Virus record (IMG/VR): IMGVR_UViG_3300042292_000979
DNA length: 64,000 bases
Reading direction: 5' to 3' (one strand)
Source of the DNA: a virus
The translations under genes and the position numbers were made by a program. The notes below the pieces were generated by a model. It saw only the letters and a program-made list of their open reading frames with translations, was not told the DNA's origin and ran no database searches. Every line of letters starts with the position of its first letter. Within the stretch, counting starts at the first letter, position 1. This document shows positions 1-10,010 of this stretch, in pieces.

Positions 1-181
1 ATGTAATGCAGTTACAGATACCAAAGAATAGAATTACTGGTTCAACATTTTCTTATGAGCCACCACTGGTTAGATATGTCGATTCCAAAAAGTCTTACGT
101 AGAGTACGAAATGGTTACACCCGGATCTTATGATGCCTCATCAATTTTAGATGACTTATTAAACAATGGAGATTTTAACTA

Positions 182-973
182 ATGAAATTAATTACACCAG
201 AATCCCTAAAGGACTTTCAAACCTGCTCATTACTTTACGAGTATAGATATAATCAAAAACTACCAGAGTCAATAGGCGGTAGGGATCTATTGTCTATTAG
301 ATTTGAAAATACTTTAAAAGAAATTATATATTACTTCTTTTATAAGAAACAAGGTGGCTACACACCGTCGTATGCATCGCTTTTGAATAGATGGGAAAAG
401 CTTTGGTTTGCCGATAACGTTTCATCGTACGATATCATGACAGAGCAACACGAAAGTGCATATGGAAACAGCGCTAGCCTTACGACCAAAGCTGCTTCTG
501 CTCTATTGTCTTTCTATGAAAACTTTTCAGACGAAGAATACATACCGATTGCAATAAATGAAGATTGCATTATGCCAGTCACCCCAAAGGTTAAGATAAA
601 AGACAAATTTGATATAATCCTTTATAAGAATAATAAATATTATGTTATTAAGATAATGTTTAACTATAAGAATAGTCACCAATATATGTATCAAGTAAAC
701 TTTGCTACGATGTATAATGCGTTTGCGGTAAAGCATGGTGATAGAATTTCTAAAGCATCTTTTGGTTACATAGATTTATTAACGTCCAAAGTTTCTTTTG
801 TTGATTTTGAAATAACAAAAGAAGATCTTGATTCTTTAAGATTTTGGGCTGATGAATTAGAGCAAGCAGAAAAATTTATTCCAAGAAGAGGGTTGACCTG
901 GTATTGCAAGAAATGTCCGTTTGATAAACCTTGTTCTAAGTGGTCAAATTGGTCAAAAGATGCAGACGAATAG
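182..973 (+). CDS. PD-(D/E)XK / Cas4-RecB-like nuclease with C-terminal Cys cluster
   Basis: N-terminal TPESLKDFQTCSLLYEYRY, core FDIILYKNNKYYVIKIM, C-terminal WYCKKCPFDKPCSKW (C-x2-C-x5-C). Confidence 0.6.
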   Translation: MKLITPESLKDFQTCSLLYEYRYNQKLPESIGGRDLLSIRFENTLKEIIYYFFYKKQGGYTPSYASLLNRWEKLWFADNVSSYDIMTEQHESAYGNSASLTTKAASALLSFYENFSDEEYIPIAINEDCIMPVTPKVKIKDKFDIILYKNNKYYVIKIMFNYKNSHQYMYQVNFATMYNAFAVKHGDRISKASFGYIDLLTSKVSFVDFEITKEDLDSLRFWADELEQAEKFIPRRGLTWYCKKCPFDKPCSKWSNWSKDADE

Positions 974-1122
974 ATTTGGTGTTATACTTGAAACCAAGGT
1001 ATCTAAAAGTTTATTTACACTTGCAAAAGAAAATAAACAAACTCCTTATGAATATTTAAAATCTATAATAGATGAAAAGTATCAAATTTACTTAAAAGAA
1101 AAACTAAATTGGGATTCAGATT

Positions 1123-1779
1123 ATGAGTAAAAAAAGTATATTAGATGAGTTATTAAATGAAGATGTTTCATTCAAGCCAAATGAAGAAGAAGATAAGTTA
1201 TTAACTCCTCTTATGGAGGAAATTAATCTTATTGCTAGTCAACAAATTAGACTATTTGTTAGATCAGTTTTACTTCAGGCAAAAACATTTTGGAAAATAC
1301 CATCTAGTTTTTCAGGTAAATATCATCCAGCTGATGAACATGGTGCTGGTGGTAACGTTCTTCATACAAAGAGGGTTGTCAAAGTCTCTAAGGTTATATG
1401 CGATTCCTATGGATTACTTCCGCACGAAAAAGACATAGTGTATGCAGCATGCTTATTGCATGATGTGACTAAGGGTATAGCTCATGATGATAGTAAAGAA
1501 GATTTCTTCTATGACCCAATGCATCCGTATACGGTTGGAGCTTTTGTTAAAAAGTGTCAAGACAATGATAAAAAGTATGGTTCAGAATCCGCATCATCTA
1601 CTCTTTTTTTAGATGAAGAAACTGTTCAGTCAATACTTAGATTAGTAAGATGTCACCTTGGTCCATGGTCCCCTATTCCGGAAACAGTACCTAGTACCTA
1701 CATGGATATGATAGTACACTTGTCGGACAACGTCGCCTCAAAACTGCATACAATTGTTGAAATTAGTGACAACAAATGA
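1123..1779 (+). CDS. HD-domain phosphohydrolase
   Basis: AACLLHDVTKGIAHDD and downstream HLSDNVASKL, typical HD superfamily. Confidence 0.65.
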   Translation: MSKKSILDELLNEDVSFKPNEEEDKLLTPLMEEINLIASQQIRLFVRSVLLQAKTFWKIPSSFSGKYHPADEHGAGGNVLHTKRVVKVSKVICDSYGLLPHEKDIVYAACLLHDVTKGIAHDDSKEDFFYDPMHPYTVGAFVKKCQDNDKKYGSESASSTLFLDEETVQSILRLVRCHLGPWSPIPETVPSTYMDMIVHLSDNVASKLHTIVEISDNK

Positions 1780-1949
1780 CAGTAGAAAATCCAGACAAGA
1801 TGCATGTTAGAGCGTATATAAATGAGTCTTTAGAATTCCTTATCAAAGAATCAATATACTACAGATCTAACAATGAAAATATTTTGGAACACAATCGACT
1901 AGTAGCTTGGCATATGGAAATGGATAGTGGTAAAATACATATACCATGA
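1776..1949 (+). CDS. Small hypothetical protein (57 aa), not in the ORF track
   Basis: ORF MTVENPDKMHVRAYINESLEFLIKES...HIP, overlaps the primase start as ATGA. Confidence 0.45.
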   Translation: MTVENPDKMHVRAYINESLEFLIKESIYYRSNNENILEHNRLVAWHMEMDSGKIHIP

Positions 1950-3142
1950 AACTTCCTTTAGATAAAGATAAATTTATTTCTCAATGGAAATATGTTGAGG
2001 TTGCTAGATATGTTCCCAACCTGGATAGGGTGATTAGGGATAAGAATGGTGATGATCCAGTCTTCTATGAAATGGAAAACATAGATCAATATAGACAAAA
2101 GCATAACAACCTTGGACTGTACACATCTGTTTGGCATTTTAATTCCGCTGATATAAACAAGGCTATCAGGTTAGGATCATTATACTTTGACTTAGATAGT
2201 GAAGATATGAATTTGTGTTACGAAGAAGCGCAAAGACTATATGGTTATTTGTCTATGTATATTCCGCAAGAATCACTGTTGGTTTATTTTACTGGAAAAA
2301 AGGGTTTTCATATAGAGTGTGAAGCAATTGGCTTAGGTATTAATCCATCAAACGAACTGCCAAAAGTTTTTAGGTATATAGCAAATAAGCTAAAAGAAGA
2401 TCTATCTATTTCTTCAATGGATTTTAGTGTTTACGACATGAGAAGAATGTGGAGGCTGCCTGGATCTTTACATCAGGCAACAAAGCTATTCAAGACTCTC
2501 TTGCCAAAAGATATATTTTTATCTGGAATAGATAAGATTATTACTTACTCAAGTGAGCCACAATTGCTCGATGTAGTTGAACAGTCTTTTGATTTCAAGG
2601 CAAATGAATGGTATAGGCAGTTCACTTATCAGATGGAAGAAGATAAGAATAAACCAAAAGATATACTACAGCATTTTAATAAGTTTGGTTCTTCTAACTT
2701 AAAGTCTTTTGATCAGAATCAAAAAGTATTTGAGAAAGAAACACTTTGGATAAAGTGTCCATCAATAAAAAGATTACATGAACAGGCTGAGAATTCTCAC
2801 TTTTTAGAACACGAAGCCAGATTATTTTTATGTTCTATATTAACATATAGTGAAGAATCGATTAACTATCTACATGAGATACTAGGTAACTGCGAAGATT
2901 ATAACCCAAGTAAATCACAAGCTCATATAAATGACTGGGTGAGAAGAAGAGAATTAGGCATAGGTGGAAGGCCTTATACTTGCGAAAGAGCTAATGCAGT
3001 TGGCGTAGGGTGTGGCAGTTGTTCTCTTGAGAAGAAAAACAAGTGGGTTAAGGTTGGAGATAGATTTATAGAGACTCAAGAAAAATCTTCTCCATCACCA
3101 GTTCGATTTGCTTATAAATCTGCAACGAGAAAGGAGGAGTAA
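1946..3142 (+). CDS. Archaeo-eukaryotic-type primase (primase small-subunit-like)
   Basis: LYFDLDSED, YFTGKKGFHIECEA, FSVYDMRRMWRLPGS motifs; C-terminal Cys-rich segment. Confidence 0.7.
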   Translation: MKLPLDKDKFISQWKYVEVARYVPNLDRVIRDKNGDDPVFYEMENIDQYRQKHNNLGLYTSVWHFNSADINKAIRLGSLYFDLDSEDMNLCYEEAQRLYGYLSMYIPQESLLVYFTGKKGFHIECEAIGLGINPSNELPKVFRYIANKLKEDLSISSMDFSVYDMRRMWRLPGSLHQATKLFKTLLPKDIFLSGIDKIITYSSEPQLLDVVEQSFDFKANEWYRQFTYQMEEDKNKPKDILQHFNKFGSSNLKSFDQNQKVFEKETLWIKCPSIKRLHEQAENSHFLEHEARLFLCSILTYSEESINYLHEILGNCEDYNPSKSQAHINDWVRRRELGIGGRPYTCERANAVGVGCGSCSLEKKNKWVKVGDRFIETQEKSSPSPVRFAYKSATRKEE

Positions 3143-3345
3143 TGCAAGATGACAATAATGATGTAATCGGATTATGTACCGACTGCGGAACGGAACAAAC
3201 AGATAGGCACATGCATAACAGTTCTTTTGCTCAAGCTGGACTGCCAGCAGTATGTAGATACTGTAAGGGTGTAGTAACGGTTTGCTATAAACGTGATAGA
3301 GATGATGTATTAAATCAAATAAATATTAAAAGAGGACTTAAGTGA
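3142..3345 (+). CDS. Small zinc-binding protein
   Basis: Two CxxC pairs (CTDCG, CRYCKG). Confidence 0.4.
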   Translation: MQDDNNDVIGLCTDCGTEQTDRHMHNSSFAQAGLPAVCRYCKGVVTVCYKRDRDDVLNQINIKRGLK

Positions 3346-6300
3346 AAAACTGGACAAATCTTCACAACCATACCGTATTCTCCATGTTGGATGGCCATGG
3401 TAACGTAGAAGAATATTTATCAAGAGCTAAGTCTTTAGGCATGACAGGTTTAGCCACTACCGATCATGGCAATATACACTCATGGTTAGATTTTTATGAT
3501 GCTGGTATGGCTTCTGGGGTAAAGCCTATTCTTGGCTCAGAAATGTATCAAGCAAGAAAGACTAGGTTTGATAGAGATGATGAAGAAAGATCCGGTCCCT
3601 CTAAAAATGAATGGGAACAAAGAGGACCATATCATATTACGATTTTAGCTAAAAACAATATTGGTTATCATAATATAATTAAAATATCATCTAGAGCTTT
3701 TACTGAAGGTTATTATGTTAAACCTAGGGTTGACCACGATTTAATTTCCCAACATTCTGAGGGGATCATAGTCCTCTCTGGGTGTCTAAATGGGGAAGTG
3801 TCACAAGCGCTGCTTAGAAACGATTACAGCACCGCATTAAGGCATGCTGCGGCAATGCAGGAGATAGTTGGCAAGGAAAATTATTTTATAGAGATAATGA
3901 ATCATGGGATAGAAGAACAGATAAAAATAATTCCTGACCTTATTAAAATAGCCAATCAAATTGGAGCTAAAGTAGTGCCGTCTGGCGACTGCCATTATGT
4001 GCACCAAAGCGATGCTCACGCTCATGATGTAATGTTATGCGTAGCAACAAACTGCAACGTGCATACTCCTAACAGATTTTCTTTTTCTGAAGATAAATTT
4101 TATCTTCAATCTTATGACGAAATGTCTTCTGTATTTTCTGATGAATATTTAAAAAATACAATGCATGTAAATGACATGATAGATCTTAACTTAAAATTTG
4201 GCGAAATACATTTTCCAAACTTCCCTATACCAACTAAAGAATCTTCAACAGACTATTTTGAAAGACTAGCCTGGGAAGGTTTAAAGAATAGATATGGCAA
4301 TCCGCTACCTGATCACATTATAGAAAGAGCTAACTATGAAATTAGAGTAGTGAAAGAGATGGGGTTTCCTGAATATTTCTTAGTCGTATCAGACTTAGTT
4401 CGTTGGGCTAAAGAAAATGACATTAGAGTTGGCTGGGGAAGAGGATCTGCTGCTGGAAGTATTCTCTCCTATGCATTTGATATTACAAATCTAGACCCAA
4501 TTAAATTTGGTCTTATGTTTGAAAGATTCTTGGTCGAAGGAAGAAAGTCAATGCCAGATATCGACTTAGACTTTGATGATAGACACAGAGATAAGGTTAT
4601 TGACTACGCTAGAACTAAATATGGTAACGATAAAGTTGCGCATATCTGTACGTTCAACAGAACTGGCGCTAGGCAGTCTGTCAGAGACGCAGCTAGAGCC
4701 CTAGGTCATGACTTTACAGTTGGAGACAAAGTAGCTAAGCTAATACCTCCTCCAGTATTAGGTGTTTCTAAATCGTTAAAAGAATGTATGCAGGTGCAGG
4801 AATTTGCAGGTCTTTATAATACTGATGTTTTATCAAAGGAAATAATAGATACAGCTTTTGGATTAGAAAATCTGGTGAGGCAGACTGGTATCCACGCAGC
4901 TGGTATTGTTATATCCAAAGAAGCTTTAATAAGCTATCTTCCCACGATGCAAAAGGGCGTAGATAAGCCTGTTGTAACTCAGTGGGATATGGGTCGAGTA
5001 GAGCAATGCGGCCTATTGAAGATTGACTTTCTTGGTTTAAGAAACCTAGGTGTGATAGATATTTGCATCAAGCTAGTTAAGCAGCATAGGCAGATTACAT
5101 TAGACGTAAATGACATACCGATAGATGATAAAAAGACTTACGATTTATTATGTCAAGGTAAGGCAATGGGTGTTTTCCAGCTTGAGTCCGCTGGCATGCG
5201 TGAATTAATGGTGCAGATGCAGCCGCAAAACATCCAAGATATAATGGCTCTTATCTCACTATATCGTCCAGGTCCAATGGGTTCTGGTATGGATAAAGAA
5301 TATATCGATAGAAAGCATGGGAGAAGCCATGTATCCTATGAGCATCCTAAACTAGAAAAAGTTCTTGGACCATCACTAGGCATCATGCTCTATCAGGAAG
5401 ATGTTCTTGGTGTAGCCAGAGAGTTAGCCGGATTTACTTCTGCTGAAGCTGATGACCTTAGAAAAGTTATCGGTAAAAAACTTATGGATAAAATCGCAAT
5501 GATTAGAACTAATTTCGTAAAAGGCTGCATAGAGCATTCCAATCTAGATGAAGATAAAGCAAATAAAATTTATTCAGATATTGAATACTTTGGTGGTTAT
5601 GGTTTTAACAGAGCACACGCCGCAAGCTATGCGATGGTTTCATATATTACAGCATACCTAAAGGCTCACTATACAGCAGAATATATGGCTGCACTTATGT
5701 CTTCTGTGGTTGGCAATAAAGAGAAGTTAGCAGCTTACTTATCTGACTGTAGAAAATTAGATATTGAAGTACTGCCACCTTCTTTAAATAAATCTGGTAA
5801 AGACTTTAATGTACTTAGTGACTCTCAAGTAATCTTTGGTCTATCTGCAATAAATGGAATTGGTGAATCCATAGCTGAAGCAATCATTTTAGGTAGGGAT
5901 GAAAAGAATCCTTACTCTAGTGTCTATGATTTCTTTAGAAGGTGTGACCCAGCTACGCTAAAGAAATCTACGCTAGAACATTTAGCCTACGCCGGTGCTC
6001 TTGATGAGTTGTTTGCGGTTTCTCATGACGGTGATTTAACAAGAAAAAAAGAGTTAGAATTATTAGAAAAAGAAAAAGCTGAACTAGGAATATACGTATC
6101 GAAGCATCCTATAGAGGGGATGTGGACAACAATAGCACCTAATGTCACTGGTGAAATAATAGATATTATAGAAATAAGCAACGGTGCAAATGTTAAGGTT
6201 GGCGGAATCTTAACAGCAGTAAAGAGAATGATAACTAAAAAGGGTCAAAAGATGTTTCGTCTTTTATTGGAAGATCTATCTGGTGAAATAGAAGTAATTA

Positions 6301-6668
6301 TTTTTCCTAGAGAATCAAAAACTATAAGTGACGATTTTTTTAACGAGGGTGACGTAGTTATAATATCAGGAACGATAAATAGAGAGAACGAAGAAGAGTC
6401 AGCAATTGTAAAGATGTTCTATAATTCCAGCGAAAAGATAGATACAGCTAGAGCAATCGGTAGTAAGTCAATTATGTTAGAGACAAAAGAATCACCTAGC
6501 CTAGAGGTTGTACAGGGTATATATGATATAATTGAAAATGTTAATGGACCTTCTTACGTATATTTAACCTATACAGAAAGTAATAAGAGGGTAACTTTTA
6601 AGTTTAAAAAATCTACTTCATTAAAAATAGAAGAAAAACTACAAAAATATATAAACATACGGAGCTAA
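3342..6668 (+). CDS. dnaE: DNA polymerase III alpha subunit (PHP domain, DnaE-type)
   Basis: NLHNHTVFSMLDGHG PHP start; GWGRGSAAGSILSYAF; PDIDLDFDDRHRDKVIDYAR; FGGYGFNRAHAASYAMVSY; C-terminal OB-like domain. Penultimate sense codon is CGG (6660). Confidence 0.95.
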   Translation: MKNWTNLHNHTVFSMLDGHGNVEEYLSRAKSLGMTGLATTDHGNIHSWLDFYDAGMASGVKPILGSEMYQARKTRFDRDDEERSGPSKNEWEQRGPYHITILAKNNIGYHNIIKISSRAFTEGYYVKPRVDHDLISQHSEGIIVLSGCLNGEVSQALLRNDYSTALRHAAAMQEIVGKENYFIEIMNHGIEEQIKIIPDLIKIANQIGAKVVPSGDCHYVHQSDAHAHDVMLCVATNCNVHTPNRFSFSEDKFYLQSYDEMSSVFSDEYLKNTMHVNDMIDLNLKFGEIHFPNFPIPTKESSTDYFERLAWEGLKNRYGNPLPDHIIERANYEIRVVKEMGFPEYFLVVSDLVRWAKENDIRVGWGRGSAAGSILSYAFDITNLDPIKFGLMFERFLVEGRKSMPDIDLDFDDRHRDKVIDYARTKYGNDKVAHICTFNRTGARQSVRDAARALGHDFTVGDKVAKLIPPPVLGVSKSLKECMQVQEFAGLYNTDVLSKEIIDTAFGLENLVRQTGIHAAGIVISKEALISYLPTMQKGVDKPVVTQWDMGRVEQCGLLKIDFLGLRNLGVIDICIKLVKQHRQITLDVNDIPIDDKKTYDLLCQGKAMGVFQLESAGMRELMVQMQPQNIQDIMALISLYRPGPMGSGMDKEYIDRKHGRSHVSYEHPKLEKVLGPSLGIMLYQEDVLGVARELAGFTSAEADDLRKVIGKKLMDKIAMIRTNFVKGCIEHSNLDEDKANKIYSDIEYFGGYGFNRAHAASYAMVSYITAYLKAHYTAEYMAALMSSVVGNKEKLAAYLSDCRKLDIEVLPPSLNKSGKDFNVLSDSQVIFGLSAINGIGESIAEAIILGRDEKNPYSSVYDFFRRCDPATLKKSTLEHLAYAGALDELFAVSHDGDLTRKKELELLEKEKAELGIYVSKHPIEGMWTTIAPNVTGEIIDIIEISNGANVKVGGILTAVKRMITKKGQKMFRLLLEDLSGEIEVIIFPRESKTISDDFFNEGDVVIISGTINRENEEESAIVKMFYNSSEKIDTARAIGSKSIMLETKESPSLEVVQGIYDIIENVNGPSYVYLTYTESNKRVTFKFKKSTSLKIEEKLQKYINIRS

Positions 6669-6671
6669 GAA

Positions 6672-7040
6672 ATGACACTACCAGGAACATACCAGAATCC
6701 ATCTACCAAACCATGCTGGACATTCTGCTCATCATGCAATAGATGCCAGGATAAGGGCAGATATACTAAATGTAATTCATGTAGCGGCAGGTATGATCCT
6801 ATGGGTAAGACTGATCCGCACTCAGAGGATTTTTGCGATTGCAAGAATGGAGTATTAAGATGGAGAACAAAAGAGGGTAAGCTTATTATGACTCGCTTTA
6901 AGACGAACCCATTTAAGGGTCAAGTAAAATATGATAAGAAGTCAGAGGACGAAAGAGATTGGGACTCTTACGTGGCTGATATGCGAGAAAAAATGGATGA
7001 TCCAAGCTGGAATCCTATAGGAATATACGAGGAGGATTAA
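6672..7040 (+). CDS. Cys-rich (DnaJ zinc-finger-like) small protein
   Basis: CSSCNRCQDKGRYTKCNSCSG. Confidence 0.4.
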   Translation: MTLPGTYQNPSTKPCWTFCSSCNRCQDKGRYTKCNSCSGRYDPMGKTDPHSEDFCDCKNGVLRWRTKEGKLIMTRFKTNPFKGQVKYDKKSEDERDWDSYVADMREKMDDPSWNPIGIYEED

Positions 7041-7041
7041 T

Positions 7042-7269
7042 ATGATTAAGCACGAAGTAGGTAGAATGCTACTTAATAACATAGCATTAATAGAATACAA
7101 TACAGATGAACCTAGTTATTTTATTCAGTCTGGAGTTGCCGGCTTTAACGCAACAGCTCAAGAGTTATCAGACTTACATGGATTGTTGAGTTACTATTTT
7201 AATATTGACTCAGTAAACAATACTGTTATTTCACTCACAGAAGGAGGAGATGATGTCTTGGCCATATAA
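7042..7269 (+). CDS. Hypothetical protein
   Basis: Open frame within the co-directional gene chain. Confidence 0.4.
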   Translation: MIKHEVGRMLLNNIALIEYNTDEPSYFIQSGVAGFNATAQELSDLHGLLSYYFNIDSVNNTVISLTEGGDDVLAI

Positions 7270-7441
7270 CGAAGATGATCAAATGGAATTAGGAACAAGC
7301 GGTTGGGCAACTCTTGGTGAGGGTAGATACAAAAATATCTACACTGGTAATACCCTTGATGAATTGGGTAATGAATACGATGCAAATGGAAATTTAATAT
7401 TCGAAAACAAAGATCCTTTTGGGGATGGAATTGAAGACTAA
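7250..7441 (+). CDS. Hypothetical protein
   Basis: Open frame, overlaps neighbours in an operon-like arrangement. Confidence 0.4.
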   Translation: MMSWPYNEDDQMELGTSGWATLGEGRYKNIYTGNTLDELGNEYDANGNLIFENKDPFGDGIED

Positions 7442-8242
7442 TGAAATTAGCTATTAGAAATTTAGAAGATGTAAGTGATTTTGAAAGATTATCTTTAACT
7501 GATTTTTCGTATTCAAGAATGGATACATATAAAATGTGTCCTTCAAAATATTTTTATACATACATACAAAAAGAACCACGTCTTTTTGGTGAAGCAGCTG
7601 TACTGGGAAACATTGTACACTCTGTATTAGAAGACAATGTAAGCGCAACAGATATGTTGGATTTTGCAAAGCTGCAAGAAGCATATACTAATGAGATAAC
7701 AACTCAAGATCCAGATAATAAAATTAAACCCGAGTTAATTAACGCAGGGAAAGAAATACTAGATGAGTTCTTTGACCAGTATGCTGAAACTAAATTTGAT
7801 GTCCTTCACAAGGAATATGGTTTTAAATTTGTGCTAGGTAGCTATTTAATATCTGGCTACATAGACAGAATAGATTCTTGGGGCGAAGACGGTGTTAAGA
7901 TTATAGATTATAAAACTGGAAAATGGGAAGTATCACCAAAAGATATACCAACCAATTTGCAATTAGGTATATATGCAATGGCAGTTGATTATCTGTATCC
8001 GGATAAGAACATATACGCAGAGCTGTATTATCTTAGATCCCGGAAGGCGTAAAGGCCACCTCTTTACCAAGGATGATATAAATAATATTAAAATTAATTT
8101 AATATCTACTCTAGACTTAATCATAAACGATTCAGCATTCTTACCTACAAAGAATGAGCGCGTCTGCACGTTCTGCGATTTCGCTAAATCTGGCGCCTGT
8201 GGAACTGGTGTATTTAGAGCTAGAAAACTAGCAAAAGCTTAG
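7441..8242 (+). CDS. PD-(D/E)XK (RecB-family) exonuclease, continuous only with a +1 shift at CGG 8041
   Basis: SRMDTYKMCPSKYFYTYI, GEAAVLGNIVHSVLE, DGVKIIDYKTGKW in frame 1; +1 at 8041 joins ...YYLRS-G-RRKGHLFTKDD...RVCTFCDFAKSGAC in frame 2. Confidence 0.8.
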
Positions 8243-8269
8243 TAATTAATTTAATCCTAGAAAGCAAAA

Positions 8270-8291
8270 AGCCAGGGCAAAAGCCCTGGCT
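8270..8291. terminator. Bidirectional hairpin between convergent genes
   Basis: AGCCAGGGC-AAAA-GCCCTGGCT perfect inverted repeat flanked by A and T runs. Confidence 0.7.
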
Positions 8292-8314
8292 AATTACTTT
8301 TTAGGTATTGACTA

Positions 8315-8488
8315 TTAGAATGCTGATACTGGATTGAGTGCAGCGTCTTCGATAAGATCGAAATCGCTGAATTCACTGACTACCTTGGTGGCTTCAGTGC
8401 GTGAGTATCCGAGTCTACCGAGGTCTGAAATGATCTCTTCGTTAACCTCGATCAACATACTATCAATTACTGTGTTTAATGTATTCAT
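8315..8488 (-). CDS. Small acidic hypothetical protein, minus strand
   Basis: ORF MNTLNTVIDSMLIEVNEEIISDLGRLGYSRTEATKVVSEFSDFDLIEDAALNPVSAF; the track lists only a less plausible plus-strand ORF here. Confidence 0.5.
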   Translation of the reverse strand: MNTLNTVIDSMLIEVNEEIISDLGRLGYSRTEATKVVSEFSDFDLIEDAALNPVSAF

Positions 8489-8594
8489 GTTTTTGTACTC
8501 CGTTTTCTTGTATTTGGTAACCCTTACAGGTTTTTTGTTTTTTTACTTTTTATAATTTATAATGGAGTAGATTAGTTTAGATCTAAAGGATACC

Positions 8595-9153
8595 ATGAAA
8601 GAGCTCAACATTGTCAAGCCGGAGGAATATTTTTTGGAAATTTCTCCATTAAAAAATCATCCAGATTTTAGTAAAATAAAAACCATTATACCAGACCACG
8701 ATTCTATAGAGACTACGAGCGTTAAAAGAGGTAACGCTTACCAGCATACAAAAACTGGGTTTAGGGAAGACCTAGGTTTAACATTGAGATCTAATTGGGA
8801 AGCAAATTTTGCAAGAATTTTAACAGCGTATAAAATCAAGTTTGATTTTGAACCAACTGTTTTTGCGTTTCCAATTAAGAAACGGAACTAAGGGATACAC
8901 TCCTGATTTCTTTATGCAGAAAGATTCTAGTTGGGTAGAACTCAAAGGCTATCTCGATGCAAAGAGTATGACAAAAATAAAAAGATTTAAAAGATATTAC
9001 GAATCTGAATTTAACAAACTCACATTTATTATAAGCAAGTATTCAACTGACGGTAAAAATTTCGCAGCTGAACTAGAAATACCAAGAGTAATCTTCTATG
9101 AAGATATTAGAAGTTTTTACTCTGATAAAATATCAATTTGGGAAGGTAAGTAA
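8595..9153 (+). CDS. PD-(D/E)XK endonuclease-like protein, continuous only with a +1 shift at CGG 8883
   Basis: LRSNWEANFARILTAYKIKFDFEPTVFAFPIKK then in +1 frame GTKGYTPDFFMQKDSSWVELKGYLDAKSMTKIKRFKRYY. Confidence 0.8.
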
Positions 9154-9155
9154 TC

Positions 9156-10003
9156 ATGGCAGCATATAAGGAACAGTATTATAATTTAGAAGAGGAGGAA
9201 ATGCAAGCGCTTATAGCCAAAGCTAAAGGCGGAGACGAAAGAGCTAAAAAAGAATTACTAAAAGTTTTTAATAATTTTCTTACAAAATATACAACACTAT
9301 TGTATTATGGCAAATACAATCTGAACGACTATGACATAAGAAGGTTTACCTCTTTATTCGTAAAAGATTCTTATGTTAGATTTGCTCTTATGAAAAATAA
9401 GCTTAATCAAGCTGGATACAAGCACGTAAATGAAGTGTTACGACGGTATAGTATATATGGCAAAAAGATATGGGGAAGAAATAGATGTCAGACAAACCGT
9501 AGACATGACGTTCTTTCAGTGCATAAGTAGGTATCAAAGAAAAGATTCCGAAAAAGGACCAATACCATTTAGCCGGGTTCTTGTATAGTTATTTTTTTTA
9601 TCTTCTTAAAAAGAATGTTGATACATTCTTAATAGATCAATTAGGGAGAAAAAGTTTTCCTCTTTTAAGTGATGACTCAAGTGACGATGGAGAAGATGGA
9701 GCAAAGCAAGTTGGTTTTAAAGCTCCACCAGAAGAGAGGGAGATGGAAGAATTTCTTTCTACAGAAGACATTAATGAGTTTTGGGTACTTGGCGAAACAT
9801 GCGCAGAACCGTTTATATTTCTTTCGGTACAAGAAAGGCAACTACTCAAGTGGCGCTACATAGATGATCTAAGATCTAGTGAGATAAGTAAAAAAATATC
9901 AGAACACCCTAATACAGTAAGAGAACATTTAGGTAAAATAAGGGCAAAGGTAACCAATCTTGTGGTAGAATCTAAGATGCGAGATGAAATCAACTTCAGA
10001 TAG
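9156..10003 (+). CDS. RNA polymerase sigma-like factor, continuous only with two +1 shifts at CGG 9444 and 9574
   Basis: Three consecutive +1 frames join helical regions; C-terminal sigma region-4-like HTH LSVQERQLLKWRYIDDLRSSEISKKISEHPNTVREHLGKIRAKV. Confidence 0.72.
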
Positions 10004-10010
10004 GTAGACA

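Noticed and set aside
3837-4025. Antisense ORF inside dnaE
   Set aside because: Overlaps strongly supported dnaE coding sequence; no independent signal.
7973-8169. Plus ORF 7973..8242 and minus ORF 7963..8169 as separate genes
   Set aside because: The plus ORF is better explained as the C-terminal part of the exonuclease after the +1 shift; the minus ORF is antisense to it.
7441-10003. Four clustered frame breaks as assembly or sequencing errors
   Set aside because: Plausible for one or two, but all are +1, all at an in-frame CGG, and the same pattern recurs in the endolysin and on the opposite strand. I could not inspect reads, so this stays the main alternative rather than being excluded.
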